38,333 nucleotides of DNA from Pseudomonadota bacterium (GCA_043718025.1 JAYSWN010000055.1:1-38333), one strand, 5' to 3'. Shown: positions 1 through 8,696, numbered from the stretch's first letter. Numbers and translations: made by a program. Notes: generated by a model not told the origin, from the letters alone.

Positions 1-1
1 G

Positions 2-61
2 CTCGACCCCGATCCGCTGTTTACATTAAAAGTGATTTTAGGCCTGAGACAAGCGGCCTAG
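2..61 (+). CDS. Possible 3' end of a gene entering from the left edge (LDPDPLFTLKVILGLRQAA*)
   Basis: Open frame from the window edge to TAG at 59-61, converging on the 66..344 gene; too short to identify. Confidence 0.3.
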   Translation, partial: LDPDPLFTLKVILGLRQAA

Positions 62-65
62 CGAG

Positions 66-344
66 TTACCAAACTACAGAAAGGCCGGTAAGCCGCATTG
101 CCGCTTTGGGGTCACCCTCTACGGGTTCATCATCGCCTGAATCCTTCGATTGCTCCGGACGGCCAAAACGGCCAATCTCCCAAGAGTTATCACCGGTAAA
201 GGTGCACTGACAGGCCTCACATTCGGTAACGTCGTTTTCGGCTTCGTTTAAATGCAGACACACGTGGCACAATCGAAAATGGAGAATGCCACTTTCAACC
301 GTCTTTCTAGCCGCATGCGCCGAGATTTTTAGCGCTCGTTTCAC
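66..344 (-). CDS. Small hypothetical protein with a zinc-ribbon-like CxxC...CxxC
   Basis: 92 aa with CHVC and CEAC; GTG start preceded by a purine-rich SD (GAAGAGGGGG) and a sigma70-like promoter. Confidence 0.7.
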   Translation of the reverse strand: MKRALKISAHAARKTVESGILHFRLCHVCLHLNEAENDVTECEACQCTFTGDNSWEIGRFGRPEQSKDSGDDEPVEGDPKAAMRLTGLSVVW

Positions 345-376
345 AACACACCCCCTCTTCGGGATTGGATACTATA

Positions 377-406
377 ATTATACCGAAGATTGACGAGAAG
401 AGTCAA
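377..406 (-). promoter_or_regulatory. Sigma70-type promoter TTGACT-N18-TATAAT with an overlapping TTGAC-N7-GTCAA palindrome
   Basis: Minus strand reads ttgactcttctcgtcaatcttcggtataat about 30 nt upstream of the GTG at 344; palindrome at 390-406. Confidence 0.6.
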
Positions 407-486
407 AGAACCTTGCTGGGTAAGGGTTCCGGGAGGTGAGCAATTGTGTTGCCCGCTTAACTGATTGGATTCACAGGAAAAAATAA

Positions 487-611
487 GGCAGAGAAACTTT
501 AGGCTTTCCGTCGATAACTACCACTTCAGCTACCACATTCCGCTATAACTCGAGGAAACCACAACCACTATCAACCACTACTACTGCTTCCGCATTTAAA
601 GTTTCTCTGCC
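487..611. repeat. 15-bp perfect inverted repeat enclosing a 95-nt repetitive core (candidate structured RNA)
   Basis: GGCAGAGAAACTTTA (487-501) and TAAAGTTTCTCTGCC (597-611); the core has 5 ACCAC and 3 TTCCG. Confidence 0.75.
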
Positions 612-619
612 CATTAAGA

Positions 620-643
620 CCGAGGGTTTTTTTAAACCCTCGG
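620..643. terminator. Stem-loop, probable intrinsic terminator
   Basis: CCGAGGGTTT-tttt-AAACCCTCGG, 10-bp perfect stem about 45 nt past the stop of 689..2746; U-tract weak on both strands. Confidence 0.6.
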
Positions 644-688
644 CATTTCAGGATACGTGCCGCAATTCAAAGTCTTACTAAGCTTCGA

Positions 689-2746
689 TTACTGAGCTTT
701 GCCGCCAAACATTCCTCGACCAGCATTGCCGGTCGGTAAGTTGGCCGGAGTGCCACGTTGCAACCGCCCTGGCAAGGTAGGGGCTCCACCGCTATTTGCC
801 CCTCTGTAGCCGACAATCTTAGAGGCGTTGTTGCTAAAACCTGTAGCTCCGCCCGCTAGACCAGCGACCGGGCCACTCAATTCACGTTGGTATGCTTCGC
901 TATACCGCTGAGTAAGCTGGCTTTGCTCAGATTTGAGCGTAGCTAACTGCCCTTCAATCGTAGCGGCACCGGCTTTCAAGTCGTCGCGCTGCGCTGCCAA
1001 GGCCTTGATTTCGCCGTTCAGCGATTCAACCTTGAGTTCAAGCTCACCTTCGAAAGTGTCTTTAAGCTTTTTAGCCTGAGCCAGCTCTTGGCTTTTCTGC
1101 GTCAGATACTGGTTAGCTTGCTGCGAGTAAGCCGCGGCATCGCCACCGCTCTGCTGCACTTGCCCTACCTGCTGCTGAATCGCTTGCTTCTCTTGTTCGA
1201 AAGCATCTTTCTTCTCTTGGAACTCAAGCTGGAGTTGTTTCTCTTTTCTCAAGTCGGTTTCCGCAAGAGCCTTACGACCACCTTCTTTAACTCGTTCGAG
1301 ATCCCGATCCAAATTCTTAGCTTTGTCGTTCGCAATTTTAAGCGCCGACTGAGCGCGGTTAATTTCCGAATCCAGCTTAGAGATAGGCTCTACTAAAGCG
1401 GCCGAAGGTACGTTGGGTCCCATCAGCGCAATTTGCTTTAGCGAAGACTGACGATTCTCAAGGTTGTTCGCAATCGTTTCCACACGGTCCAGCTCATTCA
1501 CTGCGCTGGAGATCGGCAACCGGCCAGTAGCCACTCGAACGGGAGTGTTATTGCCAAGCTGAGGCACCATAAACGGAGCCGGCTGATTCTGCTGCGGCGG
1601 CTGCTGCTGGTCAGGCGTCGGAAGCGGCAAAGGCTGTTGGTCGTCGTTACGACGATTGTTCTGAGCTTGTTGCGGAGGCTGAACAGGCTGCGGAGCCTGG
1701 GCTACCGCGTTCTGTTGCTTACCGTTGTCATTTAAGCTTTGAGCAATCGCAGCGGCGGCGGCTTCAAGACCGTCGTTCTTCTTGTTTTGGTTTTGATTAA
1801 ACCGGTTGCGAATCGCTTCTTGGTTAAGCAAGTTGTTTAAACCGTCAGAGACGGCCAACAACTTTTGCTCGCCCGCAAGCGCGGCTGCGTCTTGAGCGGC
1901 TTTCAGATCACATATCTGGGTAACGAGCTTTTCGTTAATGGCGTTGTTTTGTTCGCCAACCGCACGGGCGCCACCTTGGGGGAGTGCACCAGGCACCGCA
2001 CCAGGAACTGCACCACCGGGGGTCGTGCCGACGTCAACCGCTGGACGAGCGGTAGAGTCGGTAGCCGGAGGGGTCTTACCGCTCTCAGCCAATTTCTTCA
2101 AAAACTCATCTTTAATTTCGGTGATACGCTCGAGCAAAGATTTTTCTTTTTCTTTCTCGGCAGCCGGCTCGCCAGTCTTGGTAGCTACGGCTTCGGCCAC
2201 TTCGGTTGGCAATTCAGTTTTCAAACCAAGTTCGGCAATCATGTCGGCAGTAAAGAGGTCTTTTAAAAGCTCATCTTTATTGAGATCGCTCGATTTGAGA
2301 AGCTGATCAACCAAGTCCATCAACGCTAACTTGCGTTTAGAAAGCGTGCTACCGAAAAGCTCGGGTGCCACTTTATCAAAAGCTTTTTTGAGATCAGTTT
2401 TGAAGGTCTCTTTGGCGGTAGCATCATCACCAACCGCTTTGAAGGCTTCTTTCACTGCTTCGACGAACTTGATGGGTTCGGTCGCATACTTAGTGACAAA
2501 ACTAATGACGTCGGCGTCTTTAGTAAGGTCTTTCAGCCACGCACCGGATTCCGTCTTTTCGGAATCACTCAGGTGAGTGAGTTCTACAAACTTTTCGGCC
2601 GCGGCTGGCTTGTGAAAAAGTTTGAAGTCCGTGCCGGCCGCTACGGAGATACCCGAAGAGAACAGCAGCACCATTCCCGTAATAAGAGCCAAACCCTTAA
2701 GGCGGCGGTTCACTACCATGTTTCCTGCTTCAGTACGTCGTTTCAT
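689..2746 (-). CDS. Large secreted hypothetical protein: helical N-domain, Q/N/P-rich linker, long coiled coil
   Basis: 685 aa; signal-peptide-like N-terminus (RRLKGLALITGMVLLFSSGISVAA); GAVP repeats; QQPPQQ tract; heptad-rich C-terminal half. Alternative start at 2719. Confidence 0.85.
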   Translation of the reverse strand: MKRRTEAGNMVVNRRLKGLALITGMVLLFSSGISVAAGTDFKLFHKPAAAEKFVELTHLSDSEKTESGAWLKDLTKDADVISFVTKYATEPIKFVEAVKEAFKAVGDDATAKETFKTDLKKAFDKVAPELFGSTLSKRKLALMDLVDQLLKSSDLNKDELLKDLFTADMIAELGLKTELPTEVAEAVATKTGEPAAEKEKEKSLLERITEIKDEFLKKLAESGKTPPATDSTARPAVDVGTTPGGAVPGAVPGALPQGGARAVGEQNNAINEKLVTQICDLKAAQDAAALAGEQKLLAVSDGLNNLLNQEAIRNRFNQNQNKKNDGLEAAAAAIAQSLNDNGKQQNAVAQAPQPVQPPQQAQNNRRNDDQQPLPLPTPDQQQPPQQNQPAPFMVPQLGNNTPVRVATGRLPISSAVNELDRVETIANNLENRQSSLKQIALMGPNVPSAALVEPISKLDSEINRAQSALKIANDKAKNLDRDLERVKEGGRKALAETDLRKEKQLQLEFQEKKDAFEQEKQAIQQQVGQVQQSGGDAAAYSQQANQYLTQKSQELAQAKKLKDTFEGELELKVESLNGEIKALAAQRDDLKAGAATIEGQLATLKSEQSQLTQRYSEAYQRELSGPVAGLAGGATGFSNNASKIVGYRGANSGGAPTLPGRLQRGTPANLPTGNAGRGMFGGKAQ

Positions 2747-2896
2747 CTTCAGCTACTCCTATTTACAAAATCTACTTCTGCTTCAGCGTAAAAACCGTGA
2801 GCGACTATCTAGATTGCTAGAACTGTTCCAGCCCAATCTCAGCCGCACACACTACGAGTGTGCGCAGGAATTAGACCTCGCTCGGGTATCGGAATG

Positions 2897-2912
2897 AGCA
2901 AGCGTTATGCCA
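2897..2912 (-). promoter_or_regulatory. Sigma54 (-24/-12) promoter for the 685-aa gene
   Basis: Minus strand TGGCAT-AACGC-TTGCT matches TGGCAC-N5-TTGCW with exact GG-N10-GC spacing, about 150 nt upstream of the ATG. Confidence 0.7.
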
Positions 2913-3298
2913 CCCCTTATTTAGAGGGAAAGACCAACGGAATACGGATCTCTTGTGGTCAAAGCGGTGAGACAAGTTGCGTTCAGTTTTTTTGCGAGTT
3001 GTATCGCTGAGTGACAGGCCACCAAGACAAAACACCGCAACCGTTTAATCTAACGCACAAAAAGAAATGTTTAAATTTCACTCAGCGGGGTTCCACCTAA
3101 AGCGACGCATTTGGTCACCTTAAGGGGGGCAAAAATTTAGGGCACGGTGAATACCGCAAGGCCACAGAGTAAACCCGCGGTGCCCTATTTGGCGCGATTT
3201 TGGTGAGCACCTGTCAGAGTGTTGGGCACCGCCGCGGCTGAGCCACTTTACAATTAGGCCTCGCGTCGTCTGACTTGTTGGGTTAGTTTGCTCGCCTG

Positions 3299-3739
3299 AT
3301 GAGTTCCAGTCTCTTTGTTACCAGAGTGGTCGAGTTTTCTGCAGCCCACCGGCTTTACCGCGACGACTGGACCCCGGAAAAAAACCGCGAGGTCTTTGGC
3401 GCCTGCTCTAATCCTTTTGGTCATGGTCATAATTACGAGCTTGAAGTCTGCATTGCCGGCGAGGCTGACCCCGAAACCGGGATGGTAGTTCATTTTCAAC
3501 GCTTAAAAGCCTTACTCAACGAATTGGTGGTGGCCCCATTAGATCACCGCCATATGAATCACGACGTGCCCTTTATGGCTGGTCAGCTGGCCACCTCGGA
3601 AAACCTTTTGCTAGTGCTTTGGGGCCGCCTTGAAGCGGCCACGGCCCAAGAAAACTGGAATCTTCACCGCTTGAGGCTGAAAAGCACCGGCCGTAACTGG
3701 GTGGAATACTACGGAGGACGGCAACCCCATGGCGGCTAA
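3299..3739 (+). CDS. 6-pyruvoyl-tetrahydropterin synthase / QueD family (COG0720), C-X5-HGH type
   Basis: [25 protein letters not shown] and TSENL motifs; overlaps folE. Confidence 0.92.
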   Translation: MSSSLFVTRVVEFSAAHRLYRDDWTPEKNREVFGACSNPFGHGHNYELEVCIAGEADPETGMVVHFQRLKALLNELVVAPLDHRHMNHDVPFMAGQLATSENLLLVLWGRLEAATAQENWNLHRLRLKSTGRNWVEYYGGRQPHGG

Positions 3740-4313
3740 AGAAGACACTTTTGAGAAAAATGAAAAGGCCCTGTTACAGGGAGTGGACACCCTACTAAGG
3801 TCCATTGGCGAGGATCCTAAACGGGAGGGGTTGGTAAAGACCCCTGGGCGCTACCTAAAGGCCTTTAGGTTTCTTACCACCGGCTACGACCAATCGCTTG
3901 AGAAGCTGGTGAACGGGGCGCTGTTTGACTCCTCTAGCACCGACATGGTCATCGTACGCCGGATTGAGTTCTATAGCCTTTGTGAGCACCATCTAGTTCC
4001 CTTCTTCGGCCAATGCCACGTTGGGTACATCCCCAAAAAGAAGATCATCGGTCTATCGAAAATACCTAGAATTGTTGATCTATTCTCTCGTCGGCTGCAG
4101 GTCCAAGAGCGGCTGACCAGCGAGATAGCCACCACCTTAATGACCGTCTTAAAGCCCCACGGCGTGGGTGTGGTAATGGAGGCCCAGCACATGTGCATGA
4201 TGATGCGGGGGGTGGAAAAGCAAAACTCTTCAACCCAAACCAGCTCGGTTTTAGGAGAGTTTCGTAAACCCAGTACACGACAAGAGTTTTTCAACTTGAT
4301 TAAAATGTCCTAA
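3729..4313 (+). CDS. folE: GTP cyclohydrolase I
   Basis: [47 protein letters not shown]. Confidence 0.97.
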   Translation: MAAKEDTFEKNEKALLQGVDTLLRSIGEDPKREGLVKTPGRYLKAFRFLTTGYDQSLEKLVNGALFDSSSTDMVIVRRIEFYSLCEHHLVPFFGQCHVGYIPKKKIIGLSKIPRIVDLFSRRLQVQERLTSEIATTLMTVLKPHGVGVVMEAQHMCMMMRGVEKQNSSTQTSSVLGEFRKPSTRQEFFNLIKMS

Positions 4314-4336
4314 CTGCTTAATTTGCGAGTTTTAAT

Positions 4337-4873
4337 ATGAAGCTCGCGATCACACAACTTGCCGAGGGAGATAGCTTTTTTAAGTTCTCCAGCCTTAAAG
4401 ACGCCTGGGTTCAGGGCGTTATCACTAAAATTGCCGAGCAGGGCTATACGGTGCACGGCGAAATGAAGCTTAATGTCCAATTGACCAAGCTCGAGCCCGA
4501 CTACTACATGCGCGGAAATCTGGAGTTTGTGGTGGATCAAAACTGCGCTCGCTGCGCCGAAGTGTTTCCCCAGGCCGTAAATCATCCCTTTTCGATCGCG
4601 TTAGCTCACATCGCCGCCAGCCGCAGTAAAGCTCCGGTATTGGCCGACGAGAGCAATGAATTAGATGTGCACTTTTTTGAAGGGCACGATGTAGATTTAG
4701 CTCCGATTTTTCAGGAGCAGTTTTTTTTAAGCCTTCCTTACCAGAGCCTTTGCGGCCCAGAGTGTAAGGGGGTTTGCCAAACGTGTGGGAGCAATTTGAA
4801 CCAAGGTGGTTGTGATTGTCCCCCAGCGAAAGGCCTTACCGCCTTTTCGGTTTTGGAAAGCTATCGGGCCTGA
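4337..4873 (+). CDS. yceD: YceD / DUF177 family protein
   Basis: CARC, LC.PECKGVC..CG.NLN...C.C motifs; conserved position upstream of rpmF. Confidence 0.9.
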   Translation: MKLAITQLAEGDSFFKFSSLKDAWVQGVITKIAEQGYTVHGEMKLNVQLTKLEPDYYMRGNLEFVVDQNCARCAEVFPQAVNHPFSIALAHIAASRSKAPVLADESNELDVHFFEGHDVDLAPIFQEQFFLSLPYQSLCGPECKGVCQTCGSNLNQGGCDCPPAKGLTAFSVLESYRA

Positions 4874-4897
4874 TTTTCATGGCCCAGAGGAGATAAA

Positions 4898-5077
4898 ATG
4901 GCAGTACCTAAAAAACGACGATCCTACACCCGCCAGCACTTGCGACGGTCTCATTTGGCTTTGAGCAAAGTGAACTACGCTTCGTGCACGAATTGTGGCG
5001 AGCCCATTTTGGCTCATCGCATTTGCGGAAGTTGCCACTATTACAAGGGCAAGCTGGTTCGCTCGTTGGCTGAGTAA
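4898..5077 (+). CDS. rpmF: 50S ribosomal protein L32 (Zn-binding form); absent from the ORF track
   Basis: Hand translation MAVPKKRRSYTRQHLRRSHLALSKVNYASCTNCGEPILAHRICGSCHYYKGKLVRSLAE (59 aa); SD AGGAG; lies between yceD and fabH. Confidence 0.97.
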   Translation: MAVPKKRRSYTRQHLRRSHLALSKVNYASCTNCGEPILAHRICGSCHYYKGKLVRSLAE

Positions 5078-5099
5078 GCTTGGAGAGTGAATCTCTTCG

Positions 5100-6095
5100 A
5101 TGAAATACAAGGCTAGAATTGTAGGCTCTGGTTCTGCGTTTCCTGAACGCGTGATGACCAACAAGGAGTTTGAAGCATTCGTCGACACTAACGACGAATG
5201 GATCAGAACCCGAACTGGAATTCAAACCCGCCGCATTTGTGACCCTAAAAAAGGGGAAAATACTCTGTCGATGGCCCACGCCGCTGCTAAGCGAGCGTTG
5301 GATATGGCCGGCGTTGACCCCAAAGAGATCGACCTCATTTTAGTGGGCACGATCACCCCAAATACGGTGATGCCGTGCACGGCCAATCAACTTCAGGCCC
5401 TACTCGGCTGCGACAAAGCCTTTGGTTTTGACCTTCAGGCGGCGTGCTCGGGTTGGGTATTCGGCCTCTCCATTGCCGAGCAATACCTAAATTGTGGCAA
5501 GGTAAAAACCGCATTGGTCATCGGCGTCGAAACGCTTTCCACCGTCGTGGATTGGCATGACCGCGCCACCTGCGTGCTCTTCGGCGATGGCGCGGGCGCT
5601 ACCGTTTTGAAGCGCGTAGGAGCGGATGCGGAGGGGGGCATCGTAGGGATTAACTTGGGCACCGACGGAACGGCTCAAGATCTTTTATGCATCCCGCATG
5701 GCTACTGCAAAGTGCCACCCTACTCGGCAGAGTATTCGGTAAACCAGCATAAGATTAAGATGCAAGGTTCTGAGGTTTTTAAACTCGCCACCCGCACCAT
5801 GGTAAAGTCGGCAACCGAGCTATTGGCCGAACACAACACGGTCAAAGATGACGTTGATTTTTTCTTTTTTCATCAAGCTAACATTCGCATCATCGATCAC
5901 TGCGCCCGAGCGCTTAAAGTAGATCGCGATAAGATGTGGCTTAACGTCGATAGATTTGGCAATACCTCGGCGGCTACGCTACCCGTTTCACTGGACGAAG
6001 CGTGGAGAAGTGGCGCAGTGAAACCAGGTGACCTAATGCTGTTTGCTACCTTTGGTGGAGGCCTTACCTGGGGCTCCGCCTTGATACGCCTCTAA
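5100..6095 (+). CDS. fabH: 3-oxoacyl-ACP synthase III
   Basis: WIRTRTGI, AACSG (Cys), LFGDGAGA, HQAN.RI, GNTSAA, FGGGLTWG. Confidence 0.97.
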   Translation: MKYKARIVGSGSAFPERVMTNKEFEAFVDTNDEWIRTRTGIQTRRICDPKKGENTLSMAHAAAKRALDMAGVDPKEIDLILVGTITPNTVMPCTANQLQALLGCDKAFGFDLQAACSGWVFGLSIAEQYLNCGKVKTALVIGVETLSTVVDWHDRATCVLFGDGAGATVLKRVGADAEGGIVGINLGTDGTAQDLLCIPHGYCKVPPYSAEYSVNQHKIKMQGSEVFKLATRTMVKSATELLAEHNTVKDDVDFFFFHQANIRIIDHCARALKVDRDKMWLNVDRFGNTSAATLPVSLDEAWRSGAVKPGDLMLFATFGGGLTWGSALIRL

Positions 6096-6106
6096 CTACA
6101 CTCATT

Positions 6107-7075
6107 ATGAAGACTAACGTAGCTGCTCTGTTTCCAGGCCAAGGTTCTCAAAGCGTGGGCATGGCCCGGGCCCTGATCGAAAATTTTACTTACACCCGAG
6201 CCTATTTCGAAGAGGCGTCCGACGCCCTTCACGAAAATCTGCTGTCCTGGTGTTTAGAGGGGCCGGCCGACGTGCTTGAGCTCACCATGAATCAGCAGCC
6301 CAGTATATTGACCACCTCTTATGCGTGGTTTCAGGTGCTGAAACGGCAATTTGATTTTGTTCCGGCGAGGACCGCGGGCCACAGCTTGGGCGAGTACTCT
6401 GCCTTAGCGGCCGCGGGGGCCATGACTTTAACCGAAGCGGTAAGACTGGTGCGTAAGCGCGGTGAGCTGATGCAGACTGCCGTGCCCCAAGGCCGCGGGG
6501 CCATGGCGGCGTTACTGGGGCTAGATGCCGAGCAAGCGTTTACCCTTTGCAAAGCGGCGACTGAAGATCCGAATGATTTCGTCGTAGTGCCGGCAAATCT
6601 GAATGCACCCGGGCAAATTGTGATTTCGGGGCACGCCGGCGCCGTGACTAAGGCTTGCGAGATGGCGAGCGCAGGAACCCTCGACGGCATCAAAGCGCGA
6701 AAGGCGATTCCGCTCAAGGTGAGCGCGCCATTTCATTCTCCGCTAATGAAACCCGCCGCGGATAATTTCAAGGCGTATCTCGCCGCCACACCGTGGAAAG
6801 TGCGACAGTATCCCGTCTGCCACAACGTTAACGCCCAGTTACACAAAGACGGAGACCTGGTGTCGCTGCTTACCGAGCAGATTTGTCAGCCGGTACGTTG
6901 GATTGAGTGCGTCCAGGCGCTCTACACCGCAGGCTCCACCACGTTTGTGGAAATGGGGCCCGGCAAAGTTTTGAGTGGGCTTGGAAAAAGAATTCAGTCC
7001 GAAGCTAAGTGGATGAACGTGGAAAGCGTCGACGACGTTAAGGCCTTTGAAACCTGGTGCAAGGAGCATACATGA
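6107..7075 (+). CDS. fabD: Malonyl-CoA:ACP transacylase
   Basis: FPGQGSQ, GHSLGEY, VSAPFHS.LM, E.GPGKVL.GL. Confidence 0.97.
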   Translation: MKTNVAALFPGQGSQSVGMARALIENFTYTRAYFEEASDALHENLLSWCLEGPADVLELTMNQQPSILTTSYAWFQVLKRQFDFVPARTAGHSLGEYSALAAAGAMTLTEAVRLVRKRGELMQTAVPQGRGAMAALLGLDAEQAFTLCKAATEDPNDFVVVPANLNAPGQIVISGHAGAVTKACEMASAGTLDGIKARKAIPLKVSAPFHSPLMKPAADNFKAYLAATPWKVRQYPVCHNVNAQLHKDGDLVSLLTEQICQPVRWIECVQALYTAGSTTFVEMGPGKVLSGLGKRIQSEAKWMNVESVDDVKAFETWCKEHT

Positions 7076-7818
7076 AACGATTAACCGGTGAGATTGCCCT
7101 GGTAACGGGTGGCTCGCGAGGCATTGGCAAAGCCATTGCGGTAGCGTTGGCCGCCGAAGGTGCCCACGTCTGGGTAAACTACGTATCGAGCGCCGAAAAG
7201 GCCGAAGCGGTTTGCGCCGAGATTAAAAGTGCGGGCGGATCGGCCACCGCAATCAAGTTCGATGTCTCGGTGCCAGAAGAGATTGAAGCGGGCGTAGACA
7301 CGATATTAAAAGAGACCAAAAAAATTACCATTCTCGTAAACAATGCCGGCATCACCCGCGATGGATTGATGGCCCGCTTTTCGGTAAATGATTGGGATCA
7401 GGTTTTGAATACAAATTTGCGTAGCGCCTTTTTGACGTCACAAGCCTTATTGCGCCCGATGATGAAAGAGCGTAAAGGCGCGATCATCAATATTTCGTCG
7501 GTAGTGGGAATTACCGGTAACGCCGGACAAGCGGCTTACTGTGCGGCAAAAGCGGGAGTGATTGGCCTGACCAAGTCGATGGCCAAAGAACTTTCTTCGC
7601 GCAACATTCGCGTCAACGCCGTTGCCCCAGGTTTCATCGATACCGACATGACTCAAGAACTCACCCCCGAGCAAAAAACCGAGTTCATGAAGCACATTCC
7701 ACTCGGACGTACCGGTACGCCCGATGAGGTGGCCCAGACCGTGGTTTACTTGGCCAGCTCCGCCGCCAACTACGTCACCGGCCAAACGATCGTAGTGGAT
7801 GGCGGCTTATCCATGTGA
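7072..7818 (+). CDS. fabG: 3-oxoacyl-ACP reductase
   Basis: TGGSRGIG, NNAGITRD, Y.AAK, VAPGFI.TDMT; ATG at 7072 after SD AAGGAG, ATGA overlap with the fabD stop. Confidence 0.96.
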   Translation: MKRLTGEIALVTGGSRGIGKAIAVALAAEGAHVWVNYVSSAEKAEAVCAEIKSAGGSATAIKFDVSVPEEIEAGVDTILKETKKITILVNNAGITRDGLMARFSVNDWDQVLNTNLRSAFLTSQALLRPMMKERKGAIINISSVVGITGNAGQAAYCAAKAGVIGLTKSMAKELSSRNIRVNAVAPGFIDTDMTQELTPEQKTEFMKHIPLGRTGTPDEVAQTVVYLASSAANYVTGQTIVVDGGLSM

Positions 7819-7877
7819 TTTGAGTCATTGCCGTACCGCCTGCACGAAGTGATCTTGGTCCTCGCGGGGGTGGCTCA

Positions 7878-8555
7878 CTACGGCTGGCGTCCGCCGCAGC
7901 GGTAGGTGCCGGAGTAGTTACGTAAATCCGCCGCATCGGTGACGCAGTTTTGCATGGTGTTGATCAAGATGTCGCCGGCGTAGGCCTTATCCTGACCGAC
8001 ATCCTCCGCGCGCTCATGGGCGTGCATCATGTTGTGAAGCATCTCGTGGGCCATCACTCCGGCCCAGACGTCGCTCGACGCCGCATCGAGAATTTTGGCG
8101 CTATTAATCGTCACTTCAAAACCACCGTGCCAAAAGAGGCGGCCCTCTTTCTCCGTGGTATGAACCAGACCGTAATGGGCCCAAGCGTAGGCGAAACCTT
8201 CTTTGTAGCCCTGCATGACTTTAATGGGCGGCAACTCCGCGCCATTGCTCACGTGCGCGCCGAAAATACGAATTTGAGTCTTGTACAGGATTCCGGCGTC
8301 TAGAAACGCCTTACCGTGGTGTTCGGTTACCGTTTTGGGATCGACGTAATCCATTCTCGCGTTCTTATCCACGCAGCGGAGAACTCCCCCGTCGGAAAAC
8401 ATCCGGGTGTAGGCCTTGGAGACGGCTTCTTTGAAGAAGGTTTTCACGTTTTCCGGCATCTCGTCCGGGTAGGACTCTTTGTAGGTACTCGCGCCGTGAA
8501 CCGGCAGCGTCAGCAAAAGGGTCAACAGCGTAATGTGGGCGAAAAACGGCATCAA
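7878..8555 (-). CDS. Secreted putative zinc metalloprotease (zincin-like)
   Basis: Signal peptide (HITLLTLLLTLPVHGA); AHEMLHNMMHAH = HExxHxxxxxH. Confidence 0.7.
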   Translation of the reverse strand: MMPFFAHITLLTLLLTLPVHGASTYKESYPDEMPENVKTFFKEAVSKAYTRMFSDGGVLRCVDKNARMDYVDPKTVTEHHGKAFLDAGILYKTQIRIFGAHVSNGAELPPIKVMQGYKEGFAYAWAHYGLVHTTEKEGRLFWHGGFEVTINSAKILDAASSDVWAGVMAHEMLHNMMHAHERAEDVGQDKAYAGDILINTMQNCVTDAADLRNYSGTYRCGGRQP

Positions 8556-8679
8556 TAGCTCCTGGGTTCATTGGCGCAAATCTTTCTATCTCGGTGGACT
8601 CAAAATAGCCAGGGCAAGCCGAGCCGGATTGGATTGGCACCGAAAGTCGGCAGTGGCTCCTTCAATCAGTTAAGACCAA

Positions 8680-8696
8680 AGATTGTGCTACAATCT
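8680..8696 (+). promoter_or_regulatory. Extended -10 (TGcTACAAT) 6 nt before ATG 8701, inside palindrome AGATTGT-gct-ACAATCT
   Basis: Read directly; no SD before 8701, consistent with a leaderless transcript and an overlapping operator. Confidence 0.55.

Noticed and set aside
39..60. TAGGCC-N10-GGCCTA hairpin as a terminator
   Set aside because: Short 6-bp stem with a large loop, probably within the end of a coding sequence; not enough support.
487..611. Retron msr-msd or MITE interpretation of the inverted repeat
   Set aside because: No reverse transcriptase in the window, no target-site duplication and no second copy here; kept only as a candidate ncRNA.
1088..2897. Plus-strand ORFs opposite the 685-aa gene, and similar short antisense or overlapping ORFs throughout the track
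   Set aside because: They overlap well-supported genes, lack recognisable motifs or start signals, and are best explained as shadow frames.
3126..3175. c-di-GMP-I (GEMM) riboswitch resemblance (GGCAAA...CGCAAGGCCACAG)
   Set aside because: The expected GAAA-tetraloop stem and motif spacing are not properly formed; similarity too weak to call.
8635..8652. Sigma54-like TGGCAC upstream of the WD40 gene
   Set aside because: The GC is not at the required GG-N10-GC spacing and TTGC is missing; an extended -10 explains the promoter better.
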